Source of the DNA: the human T2T-CHM13v2.0 reference genome, Homo sapiens
Length of the DNA stretch: 64,000 nt
Assembly: GCF_009914755.1 (NCBI RefSeq)
Contig: NC_060939.1
Strand: one strand, 5' to 3'
In this document: positions 13,987 through 27,569 of the stretch, in pieces
Layout of the letters: each line of letters opens with the position of its first letter
Numbering within the stretch: position 1 is the stretch's first letter
Translations under genes and position numbers: made by a program
The notes under the pieces: model-generated
Databases searched by the model: none
What the model saw: only the letters and a program-made list of their open reading frames with translations
Told to the model about the DNA's origin: nothing

Positions 13987-16603
13987 AACTTAAAAAAAAC
14001 TCTGCACAAGATGAATTTACATCCAAATTCTACCAGATGCATAATGAATAGCAAGTCCCAATCCTTCTAAAATTATTTCAAAAAATCAAGGAGAAATATC
14101 TCCTCCCTAACTCATTCTATAAAGCCAGCATCATGCTGATACCAACACCTAGAAGAGACACAACAAAAAAAAGAAAACTTCAGGCCAACATCTCTGATAA
14201 ACATAGACACAAAAATTCTCAACAAAATATTAGCAAGCCTAATCCAGGAACACATTGAAAAGCTAATTCACTGTGATTAAGTAGGCTTTATTGCTGAGAT
14301 ACAAAGTGGGTTAACATGTGCAAATCAATAAATGTGATTCCCATATAAACAGAAACCACTTCATCATCTGAATAGATGCTGAAAAAGTCCTTTGATAAAA
14401 TTCAACATTGCTTCATATTAAGAACCCTCAAAAAATTAGGAATCAAAATAATAAAAGCCATCTATGAAAAACCCATAGCCAATGTCATACTGAACAAGTA
14501 AAAACTAGATGCATTCTTCTTGAGAACTGGAACAAGACAAGAATTCTTATTCTTACCATACTTACTCAACGTAGTACTAGAAGTGATAACCAGAGCAGTC
14601 AAGCAACAGAAAGAAATAAAAGCATTGAAATCAGGAAAGAGGAAGTCAAACTATCTCTCTTCACAGACTATATAATTCCATACTTAGAAATTTCCATACA
14701 ATCCACAAGAAGATTTCTAGAACTAATAAGTGACTTCAGGACACAAAATCAATGTACAAAATGTACAAATTTTGTACAATGTACAAAAATTAGCATTTCT
14801 ATACACCAAAATGTCCAAGCTCAGAGCCAAATCAAAAATACAATTCCATTTATTGAAATACAGTAGGCACTAACAGAATAAAGTATCTAGGAATAGAGCT
14901 TACCAAGGAGGTGAAAGATCTCATAAGATTACAAAACACTGCTGAAAGAAATCAGAGATGACACAAACAAATGGAGAAACAGTCCATGATCATGGATAGG
15001 AAGAATAAATATAGTTAAAATGGCCATGCTGCCCAAAGCAATCTAGAGATTCAATGCTATTCCTATCAAGTTATCAACATCAATTTTTATGGAATTAGTA
15101 AAAACTATTCTAAAAATTTATATGAAACCAAAAAAGTGCTTAAATCTCCAAAGCAATCCATAGTAAAAAGAACAACCTGGAGGCATCCCACTATCTGACC
15201 TCAAATGATACTACAAGGCTAGAGTAACCAAAGCAGTGTGATACTGGTTCAAAAACACACATCAACCAAAGGAACGGAATAGAGAACCCAGAAATAAAGC
15301 CACACACCTACAACTTCCTGATCTTCAACAAAGTTGACAATAACAAACAATGGGGAAAGACTTCCCTATTCAATAAATGATACTGGGAAAAATGGCTAGC
15401 CATATGCAGACAATTGAAACTTGACTCCATCTTTTACAGTATACAAAAATTAACTCAAGATGGATTAAAGACTTAAATGTAGACATAAAACAATAAAAAT
15501 CTTTTTTAAAAACCTAGAAAATACCATTCTGGATATCAGCCTTGGCAAAGAAGCGATGACTAAGTCCCTAAAAGCAGTTGTTATAAAAATTACATTGACA
15601 AGTGAGATCTAATAAAATTTAAGAGTTTCTGCACAGCAAAAGAAACTATAAACAAAGTTAACAGACAACCCACAGAATGGGAGAAAATATTCACAAACTA
15701 TGCATCTGACAAAGGCCTAATATCCAGAATCTATAATGAACTTAAACAAATCAGAAAGCAAAAAATAAATAACTCCATTTAAAAAATGAGCAAAGGACAC
15801 TTGAGCAAGGGACACGAACAGATACTTCTTAAAAAAAGACATACATGCAGCTAAAAAATATATTTTTTAAATGCCATCTAAACTAATCATTAGATAAATG
15901 CAAATTGAAACCACAATGAGATACCATCTCACATCTGTCAGAATGGTGGTTATTAAAAAGTCAAATAACAACAGATGCTGGCAAGGTTGAAGAGATAAGA
16001 GAACACATACACTGCTGGTGGGAATGTAAATTATTCACCCACTGTGGAAAGCGGGGTGGAGACTTTTAAAGAACTTAAAATAGAACTGCTATTTGATCCA
16101 GTAATCCCATTATTGGGTATATATATAAAGTAAAATAAATTATTCTACCAAAAAGACTTATGCAGTATACACAATAGCAAAGACATGGAATCAACCAAGG
16201 TGCCCATCAATGGTGGACTGGATGTAGAAAATATAGTACATACACATCAAGGAATACTACATACCCATAAAAATAAATGAAATTATATACTTTTCAGCAA
16301 CATGGATGCAGCTGAAGGTCATTATGCTAAGTGAACTAATGCAGGAACAGAAAACCAAATACCAAATCTCACTTGTAAGTGGGAGCAAAACATTGAATAC
16401 ACATGGACACAAAGATGGAACAAAAGATACTGGGGACTGCTTGAAGGGAGAGGGTAGCAGTGAGAGTGGGTTGGATAACTACATAGTGGGTACTATGCTC
16501 ACTAATTTGGTGGTGGGATCATTCATACACCAAGCCTCAGCAACAAGCAATTTACCCATATAACAAATTTGCACATGTACCTGGAAAATAAGTTTAAAAA
16601 AAA
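12471..16603 (+). mobile_element. L1PA16-like, 5'-truncated (approx. 4.1 kb), disrupted ORF2
   Basis: Perfect 15-bp TSD AGAATTGAAGGGAGA at 12456-12470 and 16604-16618. ORF2 start ATGGCAGGATCAAAT at 12563. 3' UTR GGGTACTATGCTCACT...CCTCAGCAACAAGCAATTTACCCAT. Confidence 0.9.
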
Positions 16604-18237
16604 AGAATTGAAGGGAGAAATAGACCAAAAAAATTAATAGTTCCAGAATTTAATGCTTCACTTTCAATAATGTATAGAACAACTAGACAGAAGATCAAAA
16701 GAGAATAGATCACATAACCAATACTATAAACCAAATAGACCAAACAGACCCATATAGAACGTGGAAAACTAACAAGAGCATAATATAAAGCCGTATTAAG
16801 TACACATGAAACATTCTGTAGGATAAATGATATATTGGTCTACAAAAACAACTCTAAATCAAGTTAAAAGAATTGAAATTTTGAAAGCATGGCTTCAATC
16901 ACTAAAAATAATATAAATCAATAATAGAAGTACATTTGCAATTCAATATGGACGTTAAGCAACACACTGCTAAACAATAGGCCAAAGAGTAAGTCACAAT
17001 GGAAATTAGAAAATATAGTGAGATGAATTAAACAAAAATACAACACACCAATATGTATAGCATGCAGCTAAACCACAACTTAGAGGAAAATTTATGGCAG
17101 CAAACACCCAGATTTGAAAAAAAGAAAAATCTTAAATAATCATTCATCTTAGGAAGTTAGAAGTAAGAAAGCGAACTAAGCCCCAAGTAAGCAAAAGAAA
17201 GAAAATAATAAGAGTTTCAATGCAAATAAGTCATATCGAGAATATAAAAGCATTAGAGAAAGTATGCAAAGCTAAAAGGTGGTTCACTGAAAGGTGAACA
17301 AAAATGTTGAAGCCAAAGCTAGATTGACCAACAGAAAAATAAGAAATTGTTTCATTACTAAAATCAGAAATGAAAGAGTGGGCATTAATACTGACTTTTA
17401 GAAACAATATTATTAACAATTACATGCTGAAAAATTAGATAATTTAAATGAAATTCATACGTTCCTAAAAAGACAACACAAACTATTGAAACTAACATAA
17501 AAAGAAATTGAAAATCAATATAGACCTATAACAAGTATAAAGATTGAAATAGTAATTAAAAGAATTCTCACAAACAAAATCCCAAGACCAGTGGTCACTG
17601 GTGAATTCTATCAAGTATTTAAAGAGGAACAAACACCATTCCCCCCAAACTCTTATAAAAAGTAAAAGAGAAAGGAAGGTTTTCCAATTCATTCTATCAA
17701 ATTATTAATAGCCTAATAATAAATTCAGACAAAGGCATCTACAAACCAAAAGAAAACGATAGAACAATATCTCTTATGAATATAGATGCAAAACCTTCAA
17801 ACAAATATCAGCATTTCAAATTCAGCAATATGTAAAAAGGATAACATACCATGACCAAATGGAATTTATCCCTGGAAAGCAAATTTATTTCAACATACAA
17901 AGATCAATCAATGTAATACACTATATTAATGGAATAAAAGACTAAAATCACATGTTCATCTCAATAGATAATAGACAAAAGAAAACATATTTCAAAAACT
18001 ATAGCAAAAGTATTTGACAAAAATAAAACACTCATTATTAGGAAAAAAGTAACTAGAGATAAAGGGAACTTTCTTAATTAGAAAATGGAAGTAAATAAAA
18101 AACCCATAACAGCATGCTTAGCAGTGAAATACTGAAGTATCTCTCCTCATGATCAGGAGGAGACAAGAATCTTCACTCTCACCACTTCTATTCAACTTTG
18201 TGCTAGAGGCCCTAGGGAAGACAACTAGAAAAGAAAA

Positions 18238-18594
<357 letters not shown>

Positions 18595-19923
18595 CTATTT
18601 GCAGATGACATAATCTTGTAAATGGAAATTTATTTAAAAATTACTGAAAAATTATTAGAGCTACTATTATTAGACTGTTTGGTGCTAGTCTAAAGATTAA
18701 CATGAAGCTCAATGAAATAGAATTGGGAGTTCAGAAAATATCCCAGACACTATGGCAACTTGGTTGTTGGCTATGGTGCCAAGAATAGTCTTTTGAACAA
18801 ATGTTGAGGACAACAAAATAGACACATGCAAAAAAATTAATTTGGACCCCTACCTCACATCTTATATAAAATTAACTCAATTTGGACAAAAGTCCTAAAT
18901 CTAATAGTTACAATTATAAAAATTTAAAAATAAAAAATAATGTTAAATATTTGTGGCCTTGAATTAAGCAGTTGTTTCTTAGATATAGCAACAAATCAGA
19001 AGCAATGAAAGAGAAAAAAATGATAAATTGGCTTTTCTCAAAATTAAAACAGTTGTACTTGAAAGATACCATCAGTAAATTACAAAAGTAAACCACAGAA
19101 TAAGAGAAAGTATTTGCAAATTATATATCTGATAAGAAAGTTATATCAAGAATATGTAGAGGGCTTTTACAACTCAACAATAAACTACAAATAATTTAAA
19201 ATTTTTTCAAAGGATTTAGACATTTCTCCAAAGAAGGTTTATTTTTAATGGCAAATAAACGCATGAATAGGCTTTTTAACATCACTGGTCATCACAAAAA
19301 TCACACTAAAATGTGATGGCACTTCACACCTACTATAATACCAAAATCAGGAAAGGACATAACAAAAAAGAAACTATAGACCAACATCCCTGAATAACAG
19401 AGATGCAAAAATCCTCAACAAAATACTAGCTAATCAAATCTAGCAGCATATCAAAAAGATAATCCAACATGATCAAGTGGGTTTCATACCAGGGATGATT
19501 AACATACACAAGTCAATAAGTGTGATCCACTTCATAAAAAGAATTAAAATAAAAAATCACATGATCATCTCAATAGATGCAGAAAGAGCATTTGACAAAA
19601 TCCAGAATCCTTTTATGATTAAAACCCTCAGCAAAATCAGCATAGGAGAAATATACTTTAAGGTAATAAAAGACATCTATGACAAACCCACAGCCAACAT
19701 TATACTGAATGGGGAAAAGTTGAAAGCATTTCCCCTGAGAACTGGAAGAAGAAAAGGATGCCCACTTTCACCACTTCTATTCAGCATAGTATTGGAAGTC
19801 CAACCAGAGCAATCAGACAAGAGAGAGAAATAAAGGGCATCCAGATTGGTAAACAGAAAGTCAAACTGTCGCTGTTCACCAATGATTTAATCATATACCT
19901 AGAAAATCCTAAAAATCTCACCA

Positions 19924-20231
19924 GGCCAGGCACGGTGGCTCACACTTGTAGTCCCAGCACTTTGGGAGGCCGAGGTGGGTGGATCACCTGAGGTCTGAAG
20001 TTTGAGACCAGCCAGGCCAACATGGTGAAACCCCATCTCTACTAAAGATACAAAAAATTAGCCAGGCATGGTGGCAGGCACCTGTAATCCCAGCTACTGG
20101 GAGGCTGAGCCAGGATAAATCACTTGAACCCAAGAGGCAGAGGATGCATTGAGCCAAGGTCATGCCATTGCACTCCAGCCTGGAAAACAAGAGTGAAACT
20201 CTGTCTCAAAATAAAATAAAATAAAATAAAA
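19924..20231 (+). mobile_element. AluSq/Sp-like, inside L1PB1
   Basis: GATCACCTGAGGTC, CCATTGCACTCCAGCCTGGAAAACAAGAGTGAAACTC and an (AAAAT)n tail. Confidence 0.85.
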
Positions 20232-21691
20232 CTCATCCAAAAAGTTCTTAGAACTGATAAATGAATTTAGTAACGTTTCAGGATACAAAATCAACGTACC
20301 CAAATCAGTAGCACTACTATACACCAACAGTGACCAAGCTGAGAATCAAATCAAGAACTTAATCCCTTTTACAATAGCTGCAAAAACAATAAGATACTTA
20401 AGAATATACCTAATCAAGGACATGAAAGACCTCTACACGAAGGAAAACTACAAAACGCTGCTGAAAGAATTCATAGGTGACAAAAACAAATGGAAACACA
20501 TCCCATGATCATGGATGGGTAGAATCAATATTGTGAAAATGACCATGCTACCAAAAGCAATCTATAAATTCAATGCAATTCCCATCAAAATACCATCATC
20601 ATTCTTCACGGAACTAGAAAAAGCAATCCTAAAATTCATATGAAACCAAAAAGAGCCCACATAGCTAAAGCAAAACTAAGCAAAAAGAACAAATCTGGAG
20701 GCATCACACTACCCAACTTTATAATATAAGGCTGTAGTCACAAAACAGCATGGTACTGGCATAAAAATGGCACATAAATCAATGGAACAGAATGGAGAAC
20801 CCAGAAATGAAGCCAAATGCAGCCAACCAATCTTCAGCAAAGCAATCAAAAACAAATGGGCAAAGAATATCCTATTCAGCAAATGGTGCTGGGATAATTG
20901 ACAAGCCACATGTAGAAAAATGAAACTGGATCCTCATCTCTCACATTATACAAAAATTAACTCAAGATGGATCAAAGACTTAAATCCAAGACCTGTAACC
21001 ATTAAAACTCTATCAGATAACATTATAAAAACCCCTTCTAGATATTGGCTTTGACAAAAACTGTATCACCAAGAACCCAAAAGCAAACACAACAAAAACA
21101 AACAGATGATACTTAAACTAAAAAGCTTCTGCACAGCAAAAGAAATAATCAGCAGAGCAACCAGACAACAAACGGAGTGAGGGAAAATCTTCACAAACTA
21201 TGCATCCAACAAAGGACTAATATACATAATCTACAAGGAACTCAAGCAAGTAAGAAAAAGCAATCCCATCAAAAAGTGGGCTAAGGACACTAACAGATAA
21301 TTCTCAAAAGAAGATACACAAATGACAACAAACATATGAAAAAAATACTCAACATCACTAATTATCAGGAAAATGCAAATCCAAATCACAATGTGATACC
21401 ACCTTACTCCAGCAAGAATGGTCATAATTTAAAAATAAAAAAAAAAGATGTTGGCATGGATGTGGTGAAAAGGGAACACTTTTACACTGTTGGTGGGAAT
21501 GTAAACTAGTACAACCACCATGGAAAACAGTGTGGAGATTCCTTAAAGAACTGAAAGTAGATGTACCAATGGATCTGGCAATCCCACTCCTGGGTATCTA
21601 CCCAGAAGAAAGGAAGTCATTACACAAAAAAATACACTTGCACATGCATATTTACAGCAGCACAATTCACAATTGCAAAAATATGGATTTT

Positions 21692-21736
21692 TTTCAGCCC
21701 AAATGCCTATCAGTTAATGAGTGGATAAAGAAATAT

Positions 21737-21771
<35 letters not shown>

Positions 21772-21828
21772 ATATATATACACACACCATATATATATAC
21801 ACACACCATATAAAGAAAATATGGTGTG

Positions 21829-21861
<33 letters not shown>

Positions 21862-22152
21862 CATATTTCTTTATCCACTCATTAACTGATAGGCGTTTGG
21901 GCTGAAACGCCATTATATATATGGGCTACACACACCATATATATAATGCAATTTTTTCATTCCTTTTTATGGCCAAGTAGTATTTCATTTTATATATATA
22001 TATACATATAGCATATACATATACATAATGCATATGATATATATTATCATATATATGTATATATGTATACATATACATAATGTATATACTTCAATATATA
22101 TACATGTAAAGAAATACTACTTGACCATAAAAAGAAATGAAAAAATGGCATT
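21692..22152. repeat. Two adjacent inverted repeats (fold-back duplications) around TG/CA/TA microsatellites
   Basis: 21692-21738 matches the reverse complement of 21861-21907 at 46/47. 21945-21986 matches the reverse complement of 22111-22152 at 39/42. Confidence 0.95.
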
Positions 22153-22488
22153 TACAGAAATCTGGATGGATTGGAAACTATTATTCTAAGTGAAGTAACT
22201 TGAGTGGAAAACCAAGCATTGTATATACACACTTTTAAGTGGGAGCTACGATATGAGGATGCAAAGGCATAAGAATGATACAATGGACTTTGGGGACTCA
22301 AGGGGAAGGGTGGAGGGGAGGAACAAAAGAGTACACATTGTGCATTGTGTACAGTGTACACTGTTTTGGTGATGGGTGCACCAAAATCTTAGAAATCACT
22401 ACCAAACAACTAAACCATGTAAGGAAACACCACCTGTTCCCTAAAAATCTATTGAAATAATACATAAATAATAAATAAATAAATAAAT

Positions 22489-25224
22489 TACCTGTCTGAG
22501 ATATTCTATAATGGCAGCAGAAAACACACAAAGATAGAAAATTGGTACTGAGAAGTAGGACTGTTACTAACAAATATGTGAATATGTGAAAGTGGTTTTG
22601 GAACTTGGTAATTGGTAGAGGTTGAAATAATTTAGAGTACCAAGCTAGAAAAAGCCTAGATTGCTGTGAACAGATTATTAAGGGCAATTCTTTTGAGAGC
22701 TCAGAAGATTACCTCAGAACTATGGAAAGTCTGAATCTTCTTAGGGATTACTTAAGTGGTCATGACCAAAATGCTGGTAGAAATAAGGACAGTAAAGGCC
22801 ATTCTGTGAGGTCTCAAGCAGGAATGAGAAACAAGGTATTGGAAACTGAAGTAAAAGCTATCTTTGTTATGAAGTAGCAAAGAACTTGGTGGAATTATGT
22901 CCATGTCCCATGGCTTTATGGAATGCAGAAATTAAGAGTAATGAACTAGAATATCTCTGGAAGAAATATCTAAACAGCAAGGCATTCAGGCTACTGAGTG
23001 GCTACTTCTAACCACATAAGTGACATGTGAGAGCCAAAGAATGAATTAAAGATGGAATTTATAATTAAGAGGGAAGCAGAGTGTAAAGATTTGGAAATTT
23101 TGAACCCTGGCCATGTAAAGAATTAAAAATAATGTGTTCAGGAGAGCAAACAACGTGTGGAGCCAAATGACTATTTGCTGAAGAGATTACCATGAATAAA
23201 AGAGTGCTAGGTGTTATTCATCAACACAGTGGAAGAAAAACTTAAAGGTATTTTAGAGATCTTCAAGACTGGCTCTCCCATCATAGGTCCAGAGCACTAA
23301 AACATTAGAATGGATTCAGGGGACCACACCAAGAGAATCTTCCACAGGCTCATTTCCCAGAAGAACCTGGGTCTCTGTTCCCTGCATTCCAGCACATCAC
23401 TTCTCAGCCACCACAGCCATGGCTCAAATGGGCCTAGGTGCGGCTCAATCCACTGTTTCAGAAGGCACAAGCTATAAACATTAGAGGTCTCCATGTGGTG
23501 TTAATTCTGTAGGAATGCAGAACGCAAGAGCTGCAGGGGCATGGCTTTTTCCATCTATATTTCAAAGGATGTCATGAACAGCTTGAGAAACCAGGTAAAG
23601 ACTTGTTACAGGGGCAGAGCCACTACAGAAAGCCCTGACTAGGGCAATGACAAGCAAAATTGTGGGGCCTGGAGCCACCACATACAGGCCCAATTAGGGC
23701 AATGCCTCATGGAGCTGTGGGAGTGGGGCCACTCTCAAGACCCCAAAACTGTAGAGCTACCACCTTGCAGCATCATCCTGGGAGAGCTGCAGGCCTGGGA
23801 TTTCAACTCATGAGAGCTATTGTGTGGACTGAGCCCAGCATAGCCATGGTGGTAGAACTTCCTGAGGCCTTGGGACTTTCAAACTCATTAAAATGTGACC
23901 AGGATGCGTGATAGGGAATCAACAAAGATGACTTTCCAGCTTTCAGGCTTTAGTGTTGTGCACCTTATTGGGATTTGGACTTACTTGGGACCTGTGACTC
24001 CTTTTGTTTTGCCTATTTCTCCCTTTGGAATGGGAATGTCTATCCTATGCTTGTCACACCATTGTATTTGAGAAGTATTAACTTGTTAATTTCACAGGCT
24101 CACAGCAGAAGAGGAATTTGCCTCAGGATGAATCATGCCTCCAATCTAACACGTATCCCATTGGATAAATCTAAACTTTGAACTTTTGAGTTGATGCTGG
24201 AATGACAAGACTTTTGGAATTATTGAGATGGATTAAATGTCATTTGCATTTAAATAAATACAAAGAACATAAATTTGGGTGACCAGGGAAAGAATGCTAT
24301 AGTTTGAATGTGTCTCCCAAAGTTCTTGTGTTGGAAAGTGATACCTAATAAAAGGTGATTAGGTCATGAAGGCTCTACCGTTATAAATGGGTGTGATGGT
24401 TAATACTGAGTGTCAACTTGATTGGATTGAAGGATGAAAAGTATTGATCTTGGGTGTGTCTGTGAGGGTGTTGCCAAAGGAGATTAACATTTGAGTCAGT
24501 GGGCTGGGAAAGACAGACCCACTCTTAATCTGGGTGGGCATCATCTAATCAGCTACCAGCAGAGCTAGAATATAAAGCAGGCAGAAAAACGTGAAAAGGC
24601 TAGACTGGCCTAGCCTCCCAGCCTACATCTTTCTCCCATGCTGGATGCATCCTGCCATCGAACATCAGACTCCAAATTTCTTCAGTTTTGGGACTCAGAC
24701 TTGCTCTCCTTGCTTCCCAGCTTGCAGATGGCTTATTGTGGGACCTTATGATCATGTGAGTTAATACTTAATAAACTCCCCTTTACATATATATAAAATA
24801 GGATATAAATATATCCTATTATTAATAAACTATCCTTTACATGTATATATAGATGTTTATTAATAATAAGATATATATATATATATATATATATCCTATT
24901 ATTTCTGTCCCTCTAGAGAACTCTAATACAATGGGCTAATGTCATTGCTATTGGAGCAGGTTAATTATCACAAAAGTGGATTTGTTATAAAAGTGAGTTT
25001 GACCCCCTCTTTCCCTCTTGCTTTTTCATAATCCCTTTCTCTTTTATGCTCTCTTGCTCCTCCACTTTCTACCATGGTATGACACTGCATGATAGCCCTT
25101 TCCAGATGACAATACCTTGATGTTGAACTTCCCAGGTTCTAGAAGTATGGGAAAAAATTTATTTTCTTTATAAATTACCCAGTTTCAGATATTCTGTTGT
25201 AGCAGTACAAAACAGACTAAGACA
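22489..25224 (+). mobile_element. MST (MSTC/D-like) MaLR element: 5' LTR remnant 22489-22536, internal region, 3' LTR 24295-25224
   Basis: LTR end followed by GAAAATTGGTAC, typical MaLR internal sequence (GGAACTTGGTAATTGGTAGAGG, TGTGGGGCCTGGAGCC), and 3' LTR TGCTATAGTTTGAATG...ACAGACTAAGACA. Confidence 0.85.
24392..24930 (+). mobile_element. MLT2A1 (HERV-L) solo LTR inserted in the MST 3' LTR
   Basis: TGTGATGGTTAATACTGAGTGTCAACTTGATTGGATTGAAGG...CTCTAGAGAACTCTAATACA. Perfect 5-bp TSD ATGGG at 24387-24391 and 24931-24935. Confidence 0.93.
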
Positions 25225-25848
25225 GTATCCATCAAAAACATATATCAAATGACATATAAAGCTCACTAAAATGCCTATAAACAAATGATGGCACTTCATA
25301 AAATATCACCCACATACCAGTTGTTAGAAACATGTGACAAAATATCATGGGGGAGGAGAGGTTGAGACATAGAAACAAACTTCAGGTCATATAAATATTA
25401 GAGTTTCAAATCGGCACTTTAAACTAATTCTGATTAATATATTAGAATAAATTACAAGTGGGAAATTGTATCAGAGGACTCATACTGATAAAGAAGAGCA
25501 AATATAAATTTTAAAACCTAAAATTATTATAAATGAAAATGACAATGTAGTATATCAGATTAAAAACAGATGAAATTCAGCAGATAAAAGCATTAGTGAA
25601 TTGATGATAATTTAATAGAATATATTCAGACTGAAGTACAGAGATAGCAAAGTATGACCAATAAAGACAAGACAGAAAAAGACATGTGGGTTACAGTCAG
25701 AAAATTGAGAAGACTTGTAGAAGTTTCAAAAAGATAGAAAAAAATTAATGGGTTAAAAACAATAGATGAAAATATACTGTCCAAGAATTTTCCAAAATTG
25801 ATGGAAAAAACCAGACACTTAGAATTTTAGGTAGCTCAATGAATTGTA

Positions 25849-25927
25849 TTAGGTTGGTGCAAAAGTAATTGCAACTTTTGCCATTACTTTCAATGGCAAA
25901 AACACAATTACATTTGCACCAACCTAA
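25849..25927. mobile_element. MADE1, full length
   Basis: TTAGGTTGGTGCAAAAGTAATTGC...CAATTACATTTGCACCAACCTAA, preceded by TA. Confidence 0.95.
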
Positions 25928-26416
25928 CAACAACAACAACAACAAAGTACAAAGAAAACCAAACCTAGGCAAAAAGCCAACCTGCTAAAAACTAAATATA
26001 GAGAAGAAAATCTTGTAAGCAGCCAGAGAGAAAAAATACAGACATATGAACTTCAAAGAACAATAATCAACTCATCGCTTACTTTCCAACAAAAATGATG
26101 GATGCCAGAAAAATAAAAAGCCATTTCTTCTAAGTGCCAGAAGAAAAACACTTCCAAACTAGAATTCTATATGGAGTGATAATATTCTACAAAAATTAAT
26201 GTACAACAAAGATATTGACAGCAAAAAGGAACACTGGAAGAATTTATTCCCTGCAGAACCCTCCTAACTAGAAGACTTACTAAAGGAACAAAGTAAATTC
26301 TTTTGGCAAAAGAGTAATGATGTCCAATGGAAGTTTAAAAAATAAATGCTGAACAAAGAAAATGGTATATATGTGGTTAAACATAAATATTGACTGTACT
26401 GCACAATGATATTATT

Positions 26417-26474
26417 TAATATAATATAATATAATATAATATAATATAATATAATATAATATAATATAATATAA
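26417..26474. repeat. (ATAAT)n pentanucleotide microsatellite
   Basis: About 11 perfect units visible. Confidence 0.95.
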
Positions 26475-27357
26475 CATTGGTGTATGACTAGAACATATGC
26501 CCCAAAGCACTTTAGTAGACAGATAAATGGACTTAAGTGTTCTAAGTTTCTTGTTTTGACAATAAAGAAGTAAATGTTCAATTTATTTTAAGCTTTAATT
26601 AGTTAAGGATTCATGCTATAATACCTTGGGTAACCATTGTGAAAATAATTAAAAAATTTATAACTACAAAGTCAACAGTGTAGAAATACAGAAATAGGAT
26701 TAATAATTTATTAATCCTAAAAGAAAACAAGAGGGGAAAAAAAGGAAAAATGGTGCAATGAAAAATAGTATGATGACAGATTTAAACTCAAATATATCTG
26801 TAATCATATGTAAGTAGATTAAATTCTCAAATTAGATTTTAAAACTATATTGCATAAATTTAAGAACACAGAAAAGTGGAAGATAATATAATGAAAAACA
26901 TATTGGATGAAAAAACTAACCAAATAAAAGCTGATATTGCTGTACTAATATTAGTCACAGGACACTTTAACATAAAAACCTTATTAGGTATGACAAGAAT
27001 ATTCATTATTAAGTATAAAAGTGAATAATGAGAGGTTGCTTTATCCACAAAGGTATTATAATCTTTATGTACCTAATAACCTAATTTCAGTAGTTAAAAG
27101 AGATATAGGGAAATCCAAAATCATAGGGAAAGATTTTCACACGTATTCTTTAGTATTTAATAAAAAGAAAAAATTTGTTGATGAAACTCAATTCAATTGA
27201 CACATATGGAATACTGCACCCAACAAAGGCAGAGTACATATTCTTGTCACTTGCACACAGAATATTTACCAAATGTAACCAGGTATTTAAACATAAGAAA
27301 ATGCTCAATGTTCCTTTCTGACCAAAGTAGAATTGAACTAAAAATTTGTTTAAAAAA

Positions 27358-27493
27358 ATGTATATATATATACATATATATATATACACACACACATATA
27401 TATGTAGATAGATAGATAGATAGATAGATAGACAGATAGATAGATAGATAGATATAGATGTAGATATCTAGATATATCTCCAGAAAAACCTCA

Positions 27494-27525
<32 letters not shown>
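27358..27525. repeat. Compound microsatellite (TA)n/(CA)n/(GATA)n followed by (TG)n
   Basis: Seen directly. Confidence 0.9.
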
Positions 27526-27527
<2 letters not shown>

Positions 27528-27569
27528 CCAGAAAAACCTCAAATGTATGGATGTTTTTTCATGTGGTTG

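Larger units (their letters stand above)
19337..22488 (+). mobile_element. L1PB1-like, 5'-truncated, disrupted ORF2
   Basis: ORF2 fragments (track ORF 19477-19833, [16 protein letters not shown]), L1PB 3' UTR GAGGATGCAAAGGCATAAGAATGATACAATGGACTTTGGGGAC and a (TAAA)n tail. Confidence 0.9.

Noticed and set aside
21530-21913. Overlapping opposite-strand ORFs with near-identical peptides (QPK.LSVNEWIKKYG...IFLYPLIN)
   Set aside because: This is a by-product of the DNA palindrome and microsatellites, not coding sequence.
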